A stretch of 36,754 nt of DNA from Halobacteriaceae archaeon. Its GTDB lineage: Archaea; Halobacteriota; Halobacteria; Halobacteriales; Halobacteriaceae. The stretch is from NCBI GenBank assembly GCA_042216675.1, contig JBDGTS010000042.1, forward strand, positions 1-36,754, read 5' to 3'. The notes under the pieces were generated by a model, which was not told where the DNA came from, ran no database searches, and was given only the letters and a program-made list of their open reading frames with translations. The first letter of the stretch is position 1; every line of letters starts with the position of its first letter. Position numbers and translations under genes: made by a program. Shown here in pieces: positions 34,787 through 36,754 of the stretch.

Positions 34787-35840
34787 TGACGCCCGTTTCG
34801 CGGGCCACCTCGCGGGCGGCCCGCCGGCTCATCCCGTCGCCGAGAATCGTGTAGCGGTCCCGAATCTCGTGGGCCGTCGAGAGCGCCTCGACGACTTCCT
34901 CGTCCGTGATGCCGAGTTCGTCCGCCGTCGTCGGCGCGTCGAGGCTGGCGAGTGCGTCCCGAACGGCCCGCCAGCCCCCCTTCTCGCCGGTGTGGAGGTA
35001 CTCGACCATGATGGCGCCGACGCCGACCTGATGCCCGTGGAGCGCCTTGCCGGGCGCGACGCGGTCGAGTTGGTGACTGAACAGGTGTTCCGCGCCGGAG
35101 GCCGGCCGCGAGGACCCCGCGATGGACATCGCGACGCCCGAGGAGACGAGGGCCTTCACCACGAGCCACGCCGACTCTTCGAGGCCCGGGTGGATGTCGC
35201 CCGCACGGTCCACGAGCATCTCGGCGGTCATCTCCGAGAGCGCGCCGGCGTACTCCGAGTAGGTGGCGCCTTTCAGCCGGTGTGCGAGTCGCCAGTCCTT
35301 CACGGCGGTGGCGTTCGAGATGATGTCGGCACAGCCGGCCGTCGTGAGTTCCCACGGCGCGTTTGCGATGACGCCGGTGTCGCCGACGACGGCGAGTGGC
35401 GGGTCGGCGGCGACGCTGTGGCGCGTGTCGCCCTCCGGAACGGAGGCCCGGCCGCTGACGATGCCGTCGTGGCTCGCGGCCGTCGGGACCGAGACGAAGC
35501 CGAGGCCGAGTTCGTCGCCGGCCATCTTCGCCACGTCGATGACTTTCCCGCCGCCGACGCCGACGATGAGGCCCGGGTCGGCGGCCTCGGCCTGTTCGAT
35601 GACTCGCTGGACGGCACTGAACGTGGCCTCCTCGATGATGACCTTCGTCGCCTCCTCCCCCCGGTCCGCGAACGCCGCGACGATGCGCTGTGCGGCCACC
35701 TCGTCGGGCGTGGGACTCGTCACCACCAGCGGCTCACCCCGGAGGTGGACGTCCGCCACCACCGCGGGCACGTCGTCGAGGACGTCGTGGCCGAGGACGA
35801 CGTTCCGCGGCAGTTTGATCCACGTCGACTTCTCGAACAT
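34779..35840 (-). CDS. egsA: sn-glycerol-1-phosphate dehydrogenase
   Basis: GGGKVIDVAK, PTAASHDG, SRPASGAEHLFSH and LHGHQVG motifs. Confidence 0.96.
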   Translation of the reverse strand: MFEKSTWIKLPRNVVLGHDVLDDVPAVVADVHLRGEPLVVTSPTPDEVAAQRIVAAFADRGEEATKVIIEEATFSAVQRVIEQAEAADPGLIVGVGGGKVIDVAKMAGDELGLGFVSVPTAASHDGIVSGRASVPEGDTRHSVAADPPLAVVGDTGVIANAPWELTTAGCADIISNATAVKDWRLAHRLKGATYSEYAGALSEMTAEMLVDRAGDIHPGLEESAWLVVKALVSSGVAMSIAGSSRPASGAEHLFSHQLDRVAPGKALHGHQVGVGAIMVEYLHTGEKGGWRAVRDALASLDAPTTADELGITDEEVVEALSTAHEIRDRYTILGDGMSRRAAREVARETGVIT

Positions 35841-35936
35841 ACGGGGGCGTCACGGCGCCGATTCTTAAAGCCCCCGAGCGGGCGTGAGGGGAGACGAATA
35901 GCATGGTTTTTGTACGGTGAGTGCAGTCCACGTGCT

Positions 35937-36266
35937 ATGGGGTCACACGAAACGAGGCGACTCGCTGGCGACCGGTCCGGGGCGGCGCCCTCCTGTCCGC
36001 TCCCCGGCGTGGCGGCGCGGCCGCTGAGTTGGGAACTCGGCGAGCGAATCGTCGCCGACGACGCCACCCGCCGACGGGTGACGCTCTCGGACGGGGGCGG
36101 ACGAACCACAGTGACCGTTTTCGAGGCGACGGACCACACCGTCGTCGTCGCCGTGCGCACGCCCGTGGGCCGACAGAAGTACTACGAGGTGCCCGCCGCC
36201 GCCGTGGACCGCGCCATCGACGAGGTGGCCGCCGACGAACGGTGGCAGGTCACCGACCGGGCCTGA
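35937..36266 (+). CDS. Hypothetical protein (109 aa)
   Basis: TTTTTGTA box at 35907-35914 ahead of ATG 35937; VRTPVGRQKYY motif; typical codon usage. Confidence 0.65.
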   Translation: MGSHETRRLAGDRSGAAPSCPLPGVAARPLSWELGERIVADDATRRRVTLSDGGGRTTVTVFEATDHTVVVAVRTPVGRQKYYEVPAAAVDRAIDEVAADERWQVTDRA

Positions 36267-36308
36267 ATCGGTCGGGCTTTTTTGGGCCGGGACGTCCTCT
36301 GTATCGAC

Positions 36309-36754
36309 GTGCCGCTGGAACTGACCAGCCCCGCGTTCGACGACGGCGAACCGATTCCCGAGCGCCACGGCTACACGGAAGCGGACGTGAACCCGCCGCT
36401 CTCTATCGACGGCGTCCCCGACGACGCGGAGTCGCTGGCGCTGGTCGTCGACGACCCGGACGCCCGCGAACCGGCGGGGAAGGTGTGGGACCACTGGGTC
36501 GTCTGGAACATGGACCCGGACACGACCGAGATGCCGGAGGACTGGGCCGCCGCGAGCGCCGTCGAAGGGGAGAACGACTACGGCGAACGTGGCTACGGCG
36601 GCCCGAACCCCCCGGACCGCGAGCACACCTACCGCTTTCGCCTCTACGCCCTCGACACCGAACTGGACCTCCCGCCCGGCGCGAGCAAGGCCGACCTCGA
36701 AGACGCGATGGCGGGCCACGTCGTCGCCGAGGCGTCGCTGACGGGGACGTACGC
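36309..36754 (+). CDS. YbhB/YbcL (PEBP / Raf-kinase-inhibitor-like) protein, 3' end outside window
   Basis: Manual translation from GTG 36309: LTSPAF...NPPL...DDPDA...WDHWVVWN...GYGGPNPP..EHTYRFRLYALD. Confidence 0.92.
   Translation, partial: MPLELTSPAFDDGEPIPERHGYTEADVNPPLSIDGVPDDAESLALVVDDPDAREPAGKVWDHWVVWNMDPDTTEMPEDWAAASAVEGENDYGERGYGGPNPPDREHTYRFRLYALDTELDLPPGASKADLEDAMAGHVVAEASLTGTY

Overview
GC-rich haloarchaeal (Halobacteria) chromosomal segment. The assignment rests on acidic proteins, leaderless genes with TATA boxes about 27-30 nt upstream of the start codon, and egsA, nac, tfs, purNH and folC-folP fusions. Most of it is core genome: alkA (partial), a small CPxCG zinc-finger gene, gfcR-HAD-aldolase-aldo/keto reductase sugar cluster, geranylgeranyl reductase with a 2Fe-2S ferredoxin, uS10 paralogue, Ap4A hydrolase, DUF5787/5797/5789, tfs, trmI-nac-USP-PUA, NYN protein, metallophosphoesterase, a dapA-dapB-dapD-lysA-dapE lysine operon, rhomboid, purB, a Tat lipoprotein, purNH, a histidine kinase, folCP, GT4, S9 peptidase, UPF0104, egsA and a partial YbhB gene. 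One decaying accessory island (about 815-3830) carries a nonsense-interrupted HTH-10 regulator, an ABC-2 exporter and an IS701-type remnant. The most interesting signals are: (1) a lysine operon lacking dapF whose LysA has several substrate-pocket substitutions, a candidate epimerase-independent L,L-DAP decarboxylase; (2) a promoter-proximal Lys-containing leader ORF upstream of dapA, a candidate archaeal attenuator; (3) a PD-(D/E)xK nuclease-like architecture in DUF5787; and (4) REP-like stem-loop tandem repeats. All calls are from reading the sequence; no searches were run.
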